Made by a program: the position numbers and the translations under genes | Virus record (IMG/VR): IMGVR_UViG_2823670853_000002 | Reading direction: 5' to 3' (one strand) | DNA: 64,000 nucleotides | Origin: a virus | Lineage: Duplodnaviria > Heunggongvirae > Uroviricota > Caudoviricetes | Part shown: piece after piece, positions 23,575 through 34,352 of the stretch | How positions within the stretch are numbered: the first letter of the stretch is position 1 | Layout: each line of letters starts with the position of its first letter | The notes under the pieces: generated by a model | The model's database searches: none | What the model was told of the DNA's origin: nothing | The model's input: only the letters and a program-made list of their open reading frames with translations

Positions 23575-23641
23575 TGATTGATTGGATGCGGAATACAAAC
23601 CCGCTCTTTTGTGCAGCCTGGCTCCTTGCCAGGCTTTTTTT
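23575..23641 (+). ncRNA. candidate small RNA (promoter-like -35/-10 plus intrinsic terminator)
   Basis: TTCACT...TATACT promoter-like elements, then GCCTGGC-TCCTT-GCCAGGC hairpin plus T7; no ORF explains it. Confidence 0.2.
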
Positions 23642-23951
23642 ATTTCATCATGGAAGCTGTTAACGCTTTGGATCTTGCTGAACTGATTGAAAGGGCATTG
23701 TTTACCTTACCCAGGAGTTCGCCAAATTCCACCATCACTCTAGTAAGCCCGCGCCGCGCTTCCTCCTCCGTTGCATTCATCACAAAATGTTCAGCACTCC
23801 GCATGCTTTTAACGGGGAACGCAACAGATATCGAGTCGATATCAGGCATCCTATCGCTCAACTTTACGGTGACAATGACAGATGGTGACTGAATTTGAGA
23901 GCTTACAGACAGCACCACATATTTTCCGTCTATTTTGAAATCCTTCCGCAT
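23640..23951 (-). CDS. hypothetical protein between cre and ref
   Basis: 103-aa ORF, same strand as cre and ref, preceded by an operator-like site. Confidence 0.35.
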   Translation of the reverse strand: MRKDFKIDGKYVVLSVSSQIQSPSVIVTVKLSDRMPDIDSISVAFPVKSMRSAEHFVMNATEEEARRGLTRVMVEFGELLGKVNNALSISSARSKALTASMMK

Positions 23952-23967
23952 GTGTCACCATAAATAT

Positions 23968-23984
23968 CAAATAATTAGAGCAAT
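23968..23984 (-). promoter_or_regulatory. C1 operator-like site
   Basis: Minus strand ATTGCTCTAATTATTTG. Confidence 0.45.
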
Positions 23985-24001
23985 CAGTTGCAAATAAACG
24001 G

Positions 24002-25033
24002 CTAATCGCCATCTTCCAGCAGGCGCACCATTGCCCCCGTTTCACTATCCAGGTTACGAATGTAGTTCATGACAATATTTACGTTGGTCCAGCCACCAGC
24101 TTGCATGATCTCCGGTATTGAAACTCCGGCGCGGGCCATATCTCGCGCGGCTCCGACACGGGCACTGTGTCCAGACCAGGCCAGGTATCTCTGCCCAGAG
24201 TCATCCTTAGCGCCGTAAATCAATCGATGAGTTGCTTCAAAAATCCCTTCCAGAGCGCGAGTTGATAGCTGGCTGGTGGCAGATGGCGCGGCAACACCAT
24301 TTTTTCTGACACGGCAAAACAGGTAGTTATTCGGATCATCAGCCACACCAGAGACAGAAATCCATCGCTCGACCAGTTTAGTTACCCCCAGGCTAAGTGC
24401 CTTCTCTACACCTGCGGTGCTAACCAGTGTTTTCGTTCTGCCAATATGGATTAACATTCTCCCACCGTCAGTACGTGAGATATCTTTAACCCTGATCCTG
24501 GCAATTTCGGCTATACGTAACAGGGTGTTATAAGCAATCCCCAGAAATGCCAGATTCCGTATATCCTGGCAGCGATCGCTATTTTCCATGAGTGAACGAA
24601 CCTGGTCGAAATCAGTGCGTTCGAACGCCAATGCCTGTTTTGCACGTTCACCGGCATCAACGTTTTCTTTTCGAATCCGCCGCATGACCAGTGAAACAGC
24701 ATTGCTGTCACTTGGTCGTGGCAGCCCGGACCGACGATGAAGCATGTTTAGCTGGCCCAAATGTTGCTGGATAGTTTTTACTGCCAGACCGCGCGCCTGA
24801 AGATATAGAAGATAATCGCGAACATCTTCAGGTTCTGCGGGAAACCACTTCCGGTTATTCAACTTGCACCATGCCGCCCACGACCGGCAAACGGACAGAA
24901 GCATTTTCCAGGTATGCTCAGAAAACGCCTGGCGATCCCTGAACATGTCCATCAGGTTCTTGCGAACCTCATCACTCGTTGCATCGACCGGTAATGCAGG
25001 CAAATTTTGGTGTACGGTCAGTAAATTGGACAT
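24002..25033 (-). CDS. cre: Cre tyrosine site-specific recombinase
   Basis: 343 aa, MSNLLTVHQNLPALPVDATSDEVRKNLMDMFRDRQAFSEHTWKMLLSVCRSW..., essentially identical to P1 Cre. Confidence 0.97.
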   Translation of the reverse strand: MSNLLTVHQNLPALPVDATSDEVRKNLMDMFRDRQAFSEHTWKMLLSVCRSWAAWCKLNNRKWFPAEPEDVRDYLLYLQARGLAVKTIQQHLGQLNMLHRRSGLPRPSDSNAVSLVMRRIRKENVDAGERAKQALAFERTDFDQVRSLMENSDRCQDIRNLAFLGIAYNTLLRIAEIARIRVKDISRTDGGRMLIHIGRTKTLVSTAGVEKALSLGVTKLVERWISVSGVADDPNNYLFCRVRKNGVAAPSATSQLSTRALEGIFEATHRLIYGAKDDSGQRYLAWSGHSARVGAARDMARAGVSIPEIMQAGGWTNVNIVMNYIRNLDSETGAMVRLLEDGD

Positions 25034-25354
25034 TTAACACTCAGATAATAGTTTTAAGTAAAGTGTACAGGATTGGCTCTGCCTTTACCTGTTTATGGTT
25101 CTCGTCATAGAAACGCCAGCGACCGCGCGTGCGTTCTATTTTCTCTTCACCGCGCGATAATGACAGTTGGCAACTATCACGATCAAACCCTTTTGCCCGC
25201 CAGTAACCACGGTTTTTCTCAAGCTCAAGATGAGTGGACACTTTAGCAGCTGAATATCCCATTTTTCACCTCTGATTGATTGGTGGTGCTAAGTGCGCTA
25301 CGCGAAATCTGGAGCACTAACACTGCCAACATTTCGCAGATTTTACGTAGCGCA

Positions 25355-25435
25355 ACCTTGATCAAATGATCAAGTGATCACTATTTGACCTGATAAGGTA
25401 TTGAACTGTATGGATTTACAGGTAAATTGATCATG
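25355..25435. promoter_or_regulatory. Dam (GATC) cluster in the cre promoter region
   Basis: Four GATC sites between loxP and cre; P1 cre promoters are Dam-regulated. Confidence 0.5.
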
Positions 25436-25451
25436 TTCAATAACCCTTAAG

Positions 25452-25485
25452 ATAACTTCGTATAATGTATGCTATACGAAGTTAT
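25452..25485. other. loxP recombination site
   Basis: Exact ATAACTTCGTATA-ATGTATGC-TATACGAAGTTAT (13-bp inverted repeats, 8-bp spacer). Confidence 0.95.
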
Positions 25486-25530
25486 TAGGTCTGAAGAGGA
25501 GTTTACGTCCAGCTGCGCATAAAAATCAAG

Positions 25531-25547
25531 AATTATTAGAGCAATAA
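25531..25547 (-). promoter_or_regulatory. C1 operator (immC region)
   Basis: AATTATTAGAGCAATAA contains the operator core in minus orientation. Confidence 0.5.
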
Positions 25548-25603
25548 ATTTTGAGAGAAAAATCCCACTCCACCAGCCAAAAACTGGATTGTTTTTCATA
25601 GTT

Positions 25604-25628
25604 GTTTGACAATTGCTCTAATAAATTA
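25604..25628 (+). promoter_or_regulatory. promoter with overlapping C1 operator upstream of coi-c1
   Basis: TTGACA -35 immediately followed by ATTGCTCTAATAAATTA (16/17 to consensus). Confidence 0.65.
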
Positions 25629-25866
25629 TAGTTTTGCCGCCGTTTCGTAATACGACTTTGGATTCACTATTTAATGTGTCTTCAGCGTTGTAGAGCGGCT
25701 CAGAAGGAAATGAGCAAACAGGGAAACCTTATACAACGGCATTACAGCTATGCATTGCTCATCTTACACACAGCGCAATGTTGTTAGATTACCCCAGCAT
25801 GGATCATGGGTGAAACAGTAGGTCAGAGCTTCAGGCTCTGTGTTGTCAATACAGTGAGGCATAATT

Positions 25867-26076
25867 ATGGCTTTCATTCCACCAACCATCGACGACGTTA
25901 GACATTGCTCTAACGCTTTATCTGTAGACCCCGCCGAAACCGACGCTGCCCGCGCCATTGCTGAACACTACTCAAAGATATCCAATCAGGAGTACCGCAT
26001 CACCCAAGACGACCTGGATGATCTCACTGACACAATCGAATATCTCATGGCCACTAACCAGCCAGACTCACAATAA
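25867..26076 (+). CDS. coi: Coi, C1 inactivator
   Basis: 69-aa ORF directly upstream of c1, the size and position of P1 Coi. Confidence 0.85.
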   Translation: MAFIPPTIDDVRHCSNALSVDPAETDAARAIAEHYSKISNQEYRITQDDLDDLTDTIEYLMATNQPDSQ

Positions 26077-26186
26077 ATGCACTAATAAATCTATTATTTT
26101 CGTTGGATCCTTCTATAATGGTGGCCAACAACTCCCAGTGTAATCCGCTGTGAGTTGTTGGCCATGTCAATTCTGGAGGAGGATCA

Positions 26187-27038
26187 ATGATAAATTATGT
26201 CTACGGCGAACAACTGTACCAGGAGTTCGTCAGCTTCAGGGATCTCTTTCTAAAAAAAGCTGTTGCACGCGCCCAACACGTTGATGCCGCCAGCGACGGT
26301 CGTCCTGTACGCCCGGTTGTCGTTCTGCCGTTCAAAGAAACGGACAGCATTCAGGCTGAAATTGATAAATGGACTTTAATGGCGCGGGAACTGGAACAGT
26401 ACCCAGACCTCAATATCCCAAAGACTATTTTATATCCTGTGCCTAACATCCTTCGCGGTGTGCGTAAGGTTACGACTTATCAGACAGAAGCTGTGAACAG
26501 CGTCAACATGACCGCTGGCCGCATTATTCATCTGATTGATAAGGACATTCGCATCCAGAAAAGCGCGGGGATCAATGAGCACAGTGCGAAATACATAGAG
26601 AACCTGGAAGCAACAAAAGAGCTAATGAAGCAGTACCCGGAGGATGAAAAATTCCGTATGCGTGTACACGGCTTTAGCGAAACAATGCTGCGCGTCCACT
26701 ACATTTCCAGTAGCCCTAACTACAATGATGGTAAATCAGTTAGTTACCATGTGCCGCTGTGTGGTGTGTTTATCTGCGATGAAACTCTCCGTGATGGAAT
26801 CATCATCAACGGTGAATTCGAGAAAGCAAAATTTAGCCTTTATGACTCTATAGAACCGATCATCTGCGACCGCTGGCCGCAGGCAAAAATATATCGCCTG
26901 GCAGATATTGAAAATGTAAAAAAACAAATTGCCATCACTCGCGAAGAGAAAAAGGTCAAATCAGCCGCATCAGTTACGCGCAGCCGTAAAACTAAGAAGG
27001 GGCAGCCAGTAAACGACAACCCCGAAAGCGCGCAATAG
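26187..27038 (+). CDS. c1: C1 repressor of lytic functions
   Basis: 283 aa, MINYVYGEQLYQEFVSFRDLFLKK...; matches P1 C1. Confidence 0.95.
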   Translation: MINYVYGEQLYQEFVSFRDLFLKKAVARAQHVDAASDGRPVRPVVVLPFKETDSIQAEIDKWTLMARELEQYPDLNIPKTILYPVPNILRGVRKVTTYQTEAVNSVNMTAGRIIHLIDKDIRIQKSAGINEHSAKYIENLEATKELMKQYPEDEKFRMRVHGFSETMLRVHYISSSPNYNDGKSVSYHVPLCGVFICDETLRDGIIINGEFEKAKFSLYDSIEPIICDRWPQAKIYRLADIENVKKQIAITREEKKVKSAASVTRSRKTKKGQPVNDNPESAQ

Positions 27039-27062
27039 TTTCTATCCGGCATGGTCAATGAG

Positions 27063-28547
27063 TTATTCATTAAGCCATGCCAGAGCTTCATCAACCTGCG
27101 CTTCGTCTTCGACGCTAAGCACTTCATCCTGGGGAACATAATCAGCCAGCATAGCGAAACAATATGTATCCCAATGGTCTGGTGAGTGCAGGTTGAGTTT
27201 TTTCTTCATATCCTCCTTACTCATCACCTTCCATTGACCTGCGGAGTTAATCCCTACAGGGATTTTCGACGCTTCCTCAATAGTTTCATTACCCTTATCC
27301 AGTCTCATACGACCAGATTTTACGGCCTCTGCGGCTTGAACGTTGGCATAAGCACGTTTATCAAAGTACAGGCTCTTATCTTCACGGCTATGCATCTTTT
27401 TACCCCAGCGTATACGCTGTACGGTAATACCATAATACTCGTACATCAGATCCGCCGTTGCTTTACCCAGGCCATCGCCGTCTATCGCTATGGTGATATT
27501 TGGGAATCGCTCAGGATTACATTCTGCGAAAATTTTGGCGGCAAGCTGCGTTTCTGTAACGTCTGTGTATTCCAGCATTCGATAGTTGATTACACGGCGT
27601 TTATTTCGCTGGCCGGACACCATCATGATATTGATAACGGACTTATCCCGTCCCGTACCACCAGCAACGTCCACACATGCAAGCCAGCCCCATCCTTTTG
27701 CAATCTTGACTTTCCGCCGCGTTGCACGTTCAACCTCATCACGTCCAAGAAGGAAGCCATCCTGTGATTTAGGGAATAGGCCGCGTACCTTAATCATGTA
27801 CATAGGGTTATCACGCCCGCCGTACTCCGCCAGCTTCATTTTGATAAATGCTGGCGTTACCAACGGTGATTCCTCACTGTTAAGCGTGATCGCCGTATAA
27901 ACGCCATCAGGGTTACCAGGACGCTTGGCCAGTTTATGGTGTGTATCGTAGAAATAGCCGCTTGGGCGTGTAGGCTGTGACAGCAATAAGATGCGGTTAT
28001 CCTGTCCGGTAAGAGCACCGGTGATGATACCGAAAGCTCTATCACTGACACCGGAGGCTTCATCGATAATATACAGAAGATGATCTGCGTGTTCACCGGC
28101 GAGAGCTTCTTCACTTCCCAGACGAAAGCCCTTCGGTACTACAGTCCATACACCTTTACCAGTAATCTCATAGAAAGCGGTTTCTGTCAGAACAAAATAA
28201 TCAGCAAGCCATGGGAAACGGCTGGTGGCAGTAGCCCAGTTTATCTTGATGTACTTGAATATACCGGTCATTACCTGCTGAATTTTGTTCGCAACGATAA
28301 TGGCACGGGCACCTGGATACATGATTATGAACAACATGATCATGATAGAAGTCATGTCTGATTTCCCGGTACCGTGACCAGACGAAACAGATGTCTTGCT
28401 ACCCTGTTCCTGCACAGACTCAATAATCAGATCCTGCTGCCAGGTAGGTGTTTTGCCGAACAAAACATCAGCGGCCGCAATCCAGTCATAACGATATAGC
28501 GCCACCAGCTCGCGCCAACGTGGATCCGTTACGCAACTTCTGGCCAT
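27063..28547 (-). CDS. pacB: PacB terminase large subunit
   Basis: 494 aa with Walker-type ATPase region (GHGTGKS) and nuclease half; position next to pacA. Confidence 0.9.
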   Translation of the reverse strand: MARSCVTDPRWRELVALYRYDWIAAADVLFGKTPTWQQDLIIESVQEQGSKTSVSSGHGTGKSDMTSIMIMLFIIMYPGARAIIVANKIQQVMTGIFKYIKINWATATSRFPWLADYFVLTETAFYEITGKGVWTVVPKGFRLGSEEALAGEHADHLLYIIDEASGVSDRAFGIITGALTGQDNRILLLSQPTRPSGYFYDTHHKLAKRPGNPDGVYTAITLNSEESPLVTPAFIKMKLAEYGGRDNPMYMIKVRGLFPKSQDGFLLGRDEVERATRRKVKIAKGWGWLACVDVAGGTGRDKSVINIMMVSGQRNKRRVINYRMLEYTDVTETQLAAKIFAECNPERFPNITIAIDGDGLGKATADLMYEYYGITVQRIRWGKKMHSREDKSLYFDKRAYANVQAAEAVKSGRMRLDKGNETIEEASKIPVGINSAGQWKVMSKEDMKKKLNLHSPDHWDTYCFAMLADYVPQDEVLSVEDEAQVDEALAWLNE

Positions 28548-29740
28548 TAATCATCATCCCCGTATAGCTTGCGGGTAACTTCTTCGTCTTCCTCCTCGTC
28601 TTCGTCCAGGTCTTGTTCCAGCCATGGGTCGTTTGATACACCTTCAGTATCAACATCTCCATAACCGCCTGTATCAACGATATCGGCGATTTCTTCCCTA
28701 CGCTGCTCAATCCACAATGCGGCATCGGCGCGGCGGTTGGCGGCCCGTTCTCGCGCAACTTTGTCCAGATCTTCAAGAGAAGGGCCACCGACGGCTGTTT
28801 GCCTTTCCTCATCATCGGTATTGGTCTTAGGAGCACGCAGATCGGCTTTGATTTGCTCCAGCATCAGGGGCGGCACTTTCCCGCCATGCGCCTCGATGAA
28901 TTCAGCTGCTTCCAGCACTGACCAGTTATTTTCACGCTTTCGTTCGTATGCCAGCTTAACAATGCCAGCTTGCCCCATAGACAAAGCGTGCTTTTCCGCC
29001 TCCCGGCTTTCTTTTCGATAGTTATTCCGGATGCTGTAAATGGTGTTGATCAGGCTGCTTATCTGCGCGGAACAGCTGTTTAGCATGCTCGCGATACGGT
29101 ATTCAGGCGGAGTACCTTCATCATCGTCTTTTTGCTGATCGCGCATTTCCTGCACCAGGCGAATACACGTATCCCTGGCGTTCTCCAGCATAAGGAGATG
29201 AGAAAGAGACTTTTCCAGAAGAGTGGTTTCCAGAACATCGGCCCCGGACCGACGCAACATAGCGCGCGCGGCCTTCCGCGCTTCAACGTTATCTATCAGG
29301 TAATCGCCAGCTTCGAATTCAAAGCGTTCACCATCATCATCCAGGGTGTCGCGTTCCAGGCGATCACGTAAGGTCCGGTGGGCGCGGGTGATCACGTCAT
29401 GATCATCAGAACGATCATTTATGCGCTTATTCTGGCGCTTCGCGTTCTCGACTGCGGCACTGACAACAGCATTAACTCTTTGTTTTTCAGCCATTTCAGC
29501 CACAATGTGATCACCTGCACGTTGATCATTAGCGTGATCAATGATCATGCTTTTTAGTGGTTTTCTGACAGGCTTATTTGGCTTACGGCTGTCCGCTGTT
29601 CCGGTGTCTTCTTTGAATGCACGGAGATAACGACGTGCGGTGTTTGGGTTGAGATTAAACTCGGCGGCATATTGTGCGATGGTGTAACCACCATCTCGCG
29701 CCAGGCGAGCAAAATTCTTCTTGTGATCGTCCCAGGTCAC
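28547..29740 (-). CDS. pacA: PacA terminase small subunit (contains pac site)
   Basis: 397-aa ORF; N-terminal HTH-like region; acidic C-terminus; pac hexamer clusters lie within it. Confidence 0.85.
   Translation of the reverse strand: MTWDDHKKNFARLARDGGYTIAQYAAEFNLNPNTARRYLRAFKEDTGTADSRKPNKPVRKPLKSMIIDHANDQRAGDHIVAEMAEKQRVNAVVSAAVENAKRQNKRINDRSDDHDVITRAHRTLRDRLERDTLDDDGERFEFEAGDYLIDNVEARKAARAMLRRSGADVLETTLLEKSLSHLLMLENARDTCIRLVQEMRDQQKDDDEGTPPEYRIASMLNSCSAQISSLINTIYSIRNNYRKESREAEKHALSMGQAGIVKLAYERKRENNWSVLEAAEFIEAHGGKVPPLMLEQIKADLRAPKTNTDDEERQTAVGGPSLEDLDKVARERAANRRADAALWIEQRREEIADIVDTGGYGDVDTEGVSNDPWLEQDLDEDEEEDEEVTRKLYGDDD
29389..29549. other. pac packaging site (clustered TGATCA/G hexamers)
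   Basis: Two clusters of GATC-containing hexamers (3-4 at 29389-29419, 4 at 29508-29549) spanning about 160 bp, as described for P1 pac. Confidence 0.7.
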
Positions 29741-29826
29741 TTATGCTTCCTTTCGTATAAAACTCTTTTTGACGCGAGGGTAACGAAAGTCACATGTCAA
29801 AAGGCCCGGAACGGGCAAGCAATCAA

Positions 29827-30279
29827 TCAGATACGTGCGGATGTGGCATTACCGTAATGACGGTGCTGACGGACCACCTTATTGAAAAGTTGACGCGCCA
29901 TCACCCAAGGCTGGTGCTCCCGGCGTTCCTTTTCGTCCTGCGTCATATAGAGTTCGTTCTGGAGTTTTTCATCAAACCGGCGCGGAGCGCGGCTGCGGCG
30001 AAAGAATTCAGGATTCAGAGAGTGGATCTGAAATCTACGTGGGCGTGTACTGTCATCAATCAAAACAGACGAATACTTAGACACAGCGATAGCCTTTAAG
30101 CGCAGATAAACATCGCGCTTATCGACATCCAGATGCGGGTATTCCTTTTCAAGAATTGCTGCGAGTTCTTTCGCTGATAGAAGAGATTTAGTGCGGATCA
30201 TGTAATCCGCAATCTCGTACGATGTTATTCGTGAGTGATTTATTTCCATGAAGTGGCGTCCCTGCCAGTTAAGTAACAT
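29827..30279 (-). CDS. lpa: Lpa late promoter activator
   Basis: 150-aa ORF with GGTGA RBS, between pacA and the phd-doc side; operator upstream; synteny. Confidence 0.65.
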   Translation of the reverse strand: MLLNWQGRHFMEINHSRITSYEIADYMIRTKSLLSAKELAAILEKEYPHLDVDKRDVYLRLKAIAVSKYSSVLIDDSTRPRRFQIHSLNPEFFRRSRAPRRFDEKLQNELYMTQDEKERREHQPWVMARQLFNKVVRQHRHYGNATSARI

Positions 30280-30340
30280 CCTGTCACCTACTGATTAGCC
30301 CATGTCAACTAATCAACGTCGAATATAATACCCTCGATTA

Positions 30341-30366
30341 AATAAATAGCAATACATTAGAGCAAT
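30341..30366 (-). promoter_or_regulatory. C1 operator-like site(s) upstream of lpa
   Basis: Minus strand ATTGCTCTAATGTATTG plus adjacent ATTGCTATTTATTT. Confidence 0.45.
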
Positions 30367-30367
30367 T

Positions 30368-31411
30368 TTATCTAACGCTCGACGAATGACTTGTGATAGC
30401 GCCGACTCCAAGCGCGTAATCAAAGAACAATCGTTGATGCATCGCCAGCCTACCGTGCGTCTTCTCCCAATTATCGCGGTCACGCTCAATATCACGCTGG
30501 CATGACTGGCACAGAGGAATAGCATAAATGTCATGCGCGCATAATCGACTATGACGAACGATATAAGGCGTAATGTGAGCGCCAGCTCCCGCAGCTCCAC
30601 AGCCACAGCATGGACGGGAAGCCACAAAATCCATGTACTCGGGCAATTTTAGCGATTGAAGTTTTGGTATTTTGAAATGCGCCATGCCAGGGTCGGAGTC
30701 AACATCCACAGGGCATACTTTTGCACGCATCGGCGCGGCGCGTTCTTCCATCATCTGAACATATGCTGTAGCGCGATCGTCATACGGGCGAATATCCGCC
30801 TCTTTCAGAGTTCCGCTATCCTGCGTTGCGGCTTTCATCTTATTTATTGATATACGGCAAACTTCTTCCGGCATCAGGTGCATCATGTTGCGCATGAAAG
30901 CCCACCAGCACAGTTCCTGAATACTTAAATCATGGCCATCTGAAAGCCCCATTTCCTGACGGGCGACATCCAGTATCCAGTTAACGCGATTATTATGCAG
31001 CGTTTCTTTCAGCTCATTAAAACCACGCATCCGGTAATGGTTATCGTGATGCCAGCACAACAACACCGCGCTATTGTCTCGTTCAGCGTGGACAATATGG
31101 TTGTCACACCAACTACGATCTGCGGCCTGGCATTGCCCCTCTTTCCTGCGCAACCACGCCACCAGCGAGTCAATTCCACCAATACGGCGAAACAGTTCAT
31201 CGCTGTTAAAAAACGGCTGCAACGCCTCATTTGTTGCCATAGTTTGCTCGGAAACAACGAGGCCGTCGTCCATGTGCTCGATTAACTCACGCGGCACCGG
31301 CTCCATAATAAATTTACGGCCAGCCTCCACAAGCTTTCTGACCTCCTGATCCACTTTGAAAGTGGCGAGGCCAAGCTCTTTCTGTACAAATGGAGTAATT
31401 ACGGCTTTCAC
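30368..31411 (-). CDS. PdcB-like protein with Cys-rich C-terminal region (by synteny)
   Basis: 347-aa ORF; C-terminal CCGCG...H...C..H...C..C cluster suggests zinc binding. Confidence 0.55.
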   Translation of the reverse strand: MKAVITPFVQKELGLATFKVDQEVRKLVEAGRKFIMEPVPRELIEHMDDGLVVSEQTMATNEALQPFFNSDELFRRIGGIDSLVAWLRRKEGQCQAADRSWCDNHIVHAERDNSAVLLCWHHDNHYRMRGFNELKETLHNNRVNWILDVARQEMGLSDGHDLSIQELCWWAFMRNMMHLMPEEVCRISINKMKAATQDSGTLKEADIRPYDDRATAYVQMMEERAAPMRAKVCPVDVDSDPGMAHFKIPKLQSLKLPEYMDFVASRPCCGCGAAGAGAHITPYIVRHSRLCAHDIYAIPLCQSCQRDIERDRDNWEKTHGRLAMHQRLFFDYALGVGAITSHSSSVR

Positions 31412-31438
31412 ATCACACCTTTAATCACTGATTGGGCT

Positions 31439-31639
31439 TTATCTGCTGCCCGGCATTCTCTGTTTAAGCACAACCATTTCCTGACGGCATAACACAGCAA
31501 TAGCTGTCCTGGCACCAATTTGCTTACCAACCAGGTATTGCTTTACCTTGCGGCGACTCACGCCATCAAGAAGCATCTTTAACGCTTCACGGGACAACTT
31601 GTTGTATTTACGTGCCATTAATCTACTCCGCAGAACCAT
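31439..31639 (-). CDS. small basic protein downstream of doc
   Basis: 66-aa Arg/Lys-rich ORF overlapping the doc start region; weak. Confidence 0.25.
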
Positions 31640-32003
31640 ACAATCTACGTAACGTGTCGGCGACAGAAGATACAGATATCTCGCCAGTCGCAGCGCCTAC
31701 GGTAAGGTCTGCCAGTTCAGGTGAATCAAATACCTGCACCCCGTTACGGCGTAGAAATAGAAGCGCACTGTTTAGCGCGGTACGCTTATTGGCATCATTG
31801 AATATATGCCCTCTCGCTGTAGCCACCAGGTAGGTGGCGGAGACTTCGAAAAGGTCGGTGATCTCTTCGTAGGCAACTCTGGCCTGAACTCTCCCGATAA
31901 TGGCCTCTGCCCTACCCGGATCAGACATTCCCGGCAGGCCGCCGTAGCGGCTTATATTCGCATCATGAAGCGCAATAAGTTCTTCCGGTGATATATGCCT
32001 CAT
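31623..32003 (-). CDS. doc: Doc toxin (Fic-fold kinase, death on curing)
   Basis: 126 aa, [22 protein letters not shown]...; matches P1 Doc. Confidence 0.92.
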
Positions 32004-32224
32004 TATCGGTTAACCAGTTCCTTGTTGGTGGAGTCCAGGGTGTCAAACAGGGATGCAAATTCAGCATCCAGCGCCGCTTTTTTGTAGGCTTCGAAAGTAG
32101 CCTTGCTGACAATTACTGCTGGCTCACGGCCTCTGCGGGTGATTTCAACCTCTTCCCCGGCTTCAACATTGTTGAGCACTTCAGAAAGGTTGCCGCGCGC
32201 GGTACGGAAGTTAATGGATTGCAT
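32003..32224 (-). CDS. phd: Phd antitoxin
   Basis: 73 aa, [39 protein letters not shown]...; matches P1 Phd; overlaps the doc start. Confidence 0.92.
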
Positions 32225-32296
32225 AAACACCTCGTGTACTCGTTATGTGTACACAATTATAAACTTCACAGGCATAAAGCACCAGCACTTTGCAGC

Positions 32297-32686
32297 TTAA
32301 ATGACCGGACAATCATCAAACTCCCCACTCCGGGCATCATTGATGACATGAGTGATCACACCAAAAACAGCATTACTGCCCGTGTATCCATCGTCATCTA
32401 CTGGTAACGCCTCTTTCTTCCCGGTGCTTAAATCCTCCAGGTGCTGGCGCGGATACTTCCTGTATCTCTTTATGCGATATTCACCCTCCATAGCGCACAC
32501 AAGCAGAGAACCATCAACCGGAGTAAGCGAGGAATCAACCACCAGCAAAGCACCCTGCAATATTCCCTCACGGTGATGGCTGTCTGCCGCCCGCATGAAG
32601 TAGGTCGCTGATGGATGCCTGATTAGTTGCTGATCAAGAGAAATTCTGCTTTCAACATAATCCGCCGCAGGAGAAGGGAAGCCCAT
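32297..32686 (-). CDS. humD: HumD, UmuD-like S24 peptidase
   Basis: 129-aa UmuD'-like protein; LexA box upstream. Confidence 0.85.
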   Translation of the reverse strand: MGFPSPAADYVESRISLDQQLIRHPSATYFMRAADSHHREGILQGALLVVDSSLTPVDGSLLVCAMEGEYRIKRYRKYPRQHLEDLSTGKKEALPVDDDGYTGSNAVFGVITHVINDARSGEFDDCPVI

Positions 32687-32707
32687 AGCGTTTTCACCTC
32701 AATAATA

Positions 32708-32723
32708 CTGTTCATTTATACAG
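32708..32723. promoter_or_regulatory. LexA (SOS) box upstream of humD
   Basis: CTGT-TCATTTAT-ACAG, perfect CTGT-N8-ACAG, about 22 nt upstream of the humD start. Confidence 0.7.
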
Positions 32724-32860
32724 TATACATTAAAGAGACACCTTTGGTGCAAACGCGTTACGTACATCAACCACCGCTGATGATTTTGTGCTCTTTGCTA
32801 CTATTCATCACCAACGGATCAGCGTAACCTCGTTGCCAATCAGTTAATAAGGAATTAGCT

Positions 32861-33433
32861 ATGCCTAATCGCATTCCTCTCGATCCTGTATTGCCCAAAA
32901 ATTTTGACTGCACTCCTAACGAGAAACGCTCTAAAGCTCAGCTGGACGCCTGGTGGGACCATCCCTATGGGGTTACAGAACATGACGGGAAAATTGTTGT
33001 TTATTGTCTGAATGGTGGCGCGTGGGACCGTCCATCCGTGCTTGGTTTGGCAAATAACTATGATGAAGCCTGTGAACTTGCCGAAAGACAGCAGGCTAGA
33101 TGGGTGAAAACACGGTCACAGCCGACATTCATGTTTTCAAAAGAACCGCCATTTATACTGGCGAGGATGCCGCAGCGACCGGATCATCAACAAGAAATTG
33201 TTGCTGAATTTTCCTCAAGGGATGAGATGAATCTCTTCTCATTAAAGCAGGAAGAAAGGGAGCGCGTCGAAGTGTCTCCAACTCTCGACCACAACCGGAT
33301 GAACCTGGCCCAACTCGCCTGGTACAGCAAAGAATTAGAGATGTCTATTGCCCGACTTGAAAACGAAAAAGCCGCTATCCAAGCCCAGCATGAAGCTGTC
33401 ATTGCCAGGATACGAGAAGTTCAAAACGGTTAA
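32861..33433 (+). CDS. hypothetical protein (position of P1 lxr)
   Basis: 190-aa ORF divergent from humD with a coiled-coil C-terminus. Confidence 0.5.
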   Translation: MPNRIPLDPVLPKNFDCTPNEKRSKAQLDAWWDHPYGVTEHDGKIVVYCLNGGAWDRPSVLGLANNYDEACELAERQQARWVKTRSQPTFMFSKEPPFILARMPQRPDHQQEIVAEFSSRDEMNLFSLKQEERERVEVSPTLDHNRMNLAQLAWYSKELEMSIARLENEKAAIQAQHEAVIARIREVQNG

Positions 33434-33439
33434 CTACCG

Positions 33440-33703
33440 CTATTTCTTTACGGCATCATCTTTCTGATATGCCGGATCGCTCCCTTTTGGCAACTGGAGG
33501 CTTAACTGCCGGTAGTGCCGTAGCCGTTCCATGAAATAGGTGCGCAGATTCTCTGGTTGCTCGCGGGCTACCTGTTCAGCTATGACAGGTATGTTCAATC
33601 GCTCTTTGTACGCCACACCGCTGGCAGCCAGATCAACGTTAACCTTATCCCGTTCTTCCTGACTTTTAGCTGCAATATTCCAATCGTACATATCAAATCC
33701 CAT
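33440..33703 (-). CDS. hot: Hot, homologue of DNA polymerase III theta subunit (HolE)
   Basis: [43 protein letters not shown] aligns with E. coli HolE. Confidence 0.75.
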   Translation of the reverse strand: MGFDMYDWNIAAKSQEERDKVNVDLAASGVAYKERLNIPVIAEQVAREQPENLRTYFMERLRHYRQLSLQLPKGSDPAYQKDDAVKK

Positions 33704-34140
33704 CCAGAATAATTGAGTAACGACTATTATTTAACCAGCAAAGTAACTTTTAATTTTTTTTCTTCTCCCATTGATTTTTGTGCACAGCTTATCTGCCTTG
33801 CCGTGCGCAGAATCAACTTTTTTCTTCCTGATTTATCCACAAAGTTATGCACTTGCAAGAGGGCCATTTTCTAAATATTGTGATGTTTCACAAATGAAAT
33901 GAATTTTGATTAATGAAGATAAGGAGAAAATTTGAGATGCAATCATGACGTTAATAGATAGGGTCTGCATTACAGACCCCATCCGCATCAAGGAATTAGC
34001 CGTTCCCTGATGTTGTTCCGAAAACATGTGCCGTAAGCTCACGTTAACGACTTTCTTTCACCGAATCCAACTATATAGGGGTTGGGTTTCTACGTCAACG
34101 TGAGCAAGTGCTCCTTTACATTTGACAAGGAACCACCTTA

Positions 34141-34278
34141 ATGACTGCTTTTTTTCAGTTCCTGAGTGCATTTTTAGATGCGCCTGTTATTAGCCAGATT
34201 CTGGCGATCATCCTCATCATCGTTTTGATATTGCTTTTAAGGTCAGTAAAAAATGGAATTATGCACTGGCTTACTTAA
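34141..34278 (+). CDS. candidate 45-aa hydrophobic peptide (MTAFFQFLSAFLDAPVISQILAIILIIVLILLLRSVKNGIMHWLT)
   Basis: Short ORF with AAGGAA RBS in an otherwise ORF-free 650-bp AT-rich intergenic region; below the track size cut-off. Confidence 0.2.
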   Translation: MTAFFQFLSAFLDAPVISQILAIILIIVLILLLRSVKNGIMHWLT

Positions 34279-34352
34279 TGTTCAGTGAAACATTAAAATC
34301 TCCTTGATGTGGAAACAATCATTTTCTGTATGTGCTGGTGGGTACCTGTAGT

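Noticed and set aside
23578-23892. Plus-strand 104-aa ORF between ref and cre
   Set aside because: Contains an intrinsic terminator near its 5' end and has low-complexity composition; the minus-strand ORF and a short non-coding transcript explain the region better.
21962-24002. Search for type III res/mod (EcoP1I-like) genes near mat/ref
   Set aside because: No ORF of suitable size or motif is present in this interval; only mat, ref and a small ORF occupy it.
25041-25262. 73-aa minus-strand ORF between loxP and cre
   Set aside because: Lies in the region that in P1 holds the Dam-regulated cre promoters; no RBS; likely non-coding.
25895-25911. Additional C1 operator-like match (ATTGCTCTAACGCTTTA) inside coi
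   Set aside because: Only a partial match, and intragenic; left uncalled without a binding-site model.
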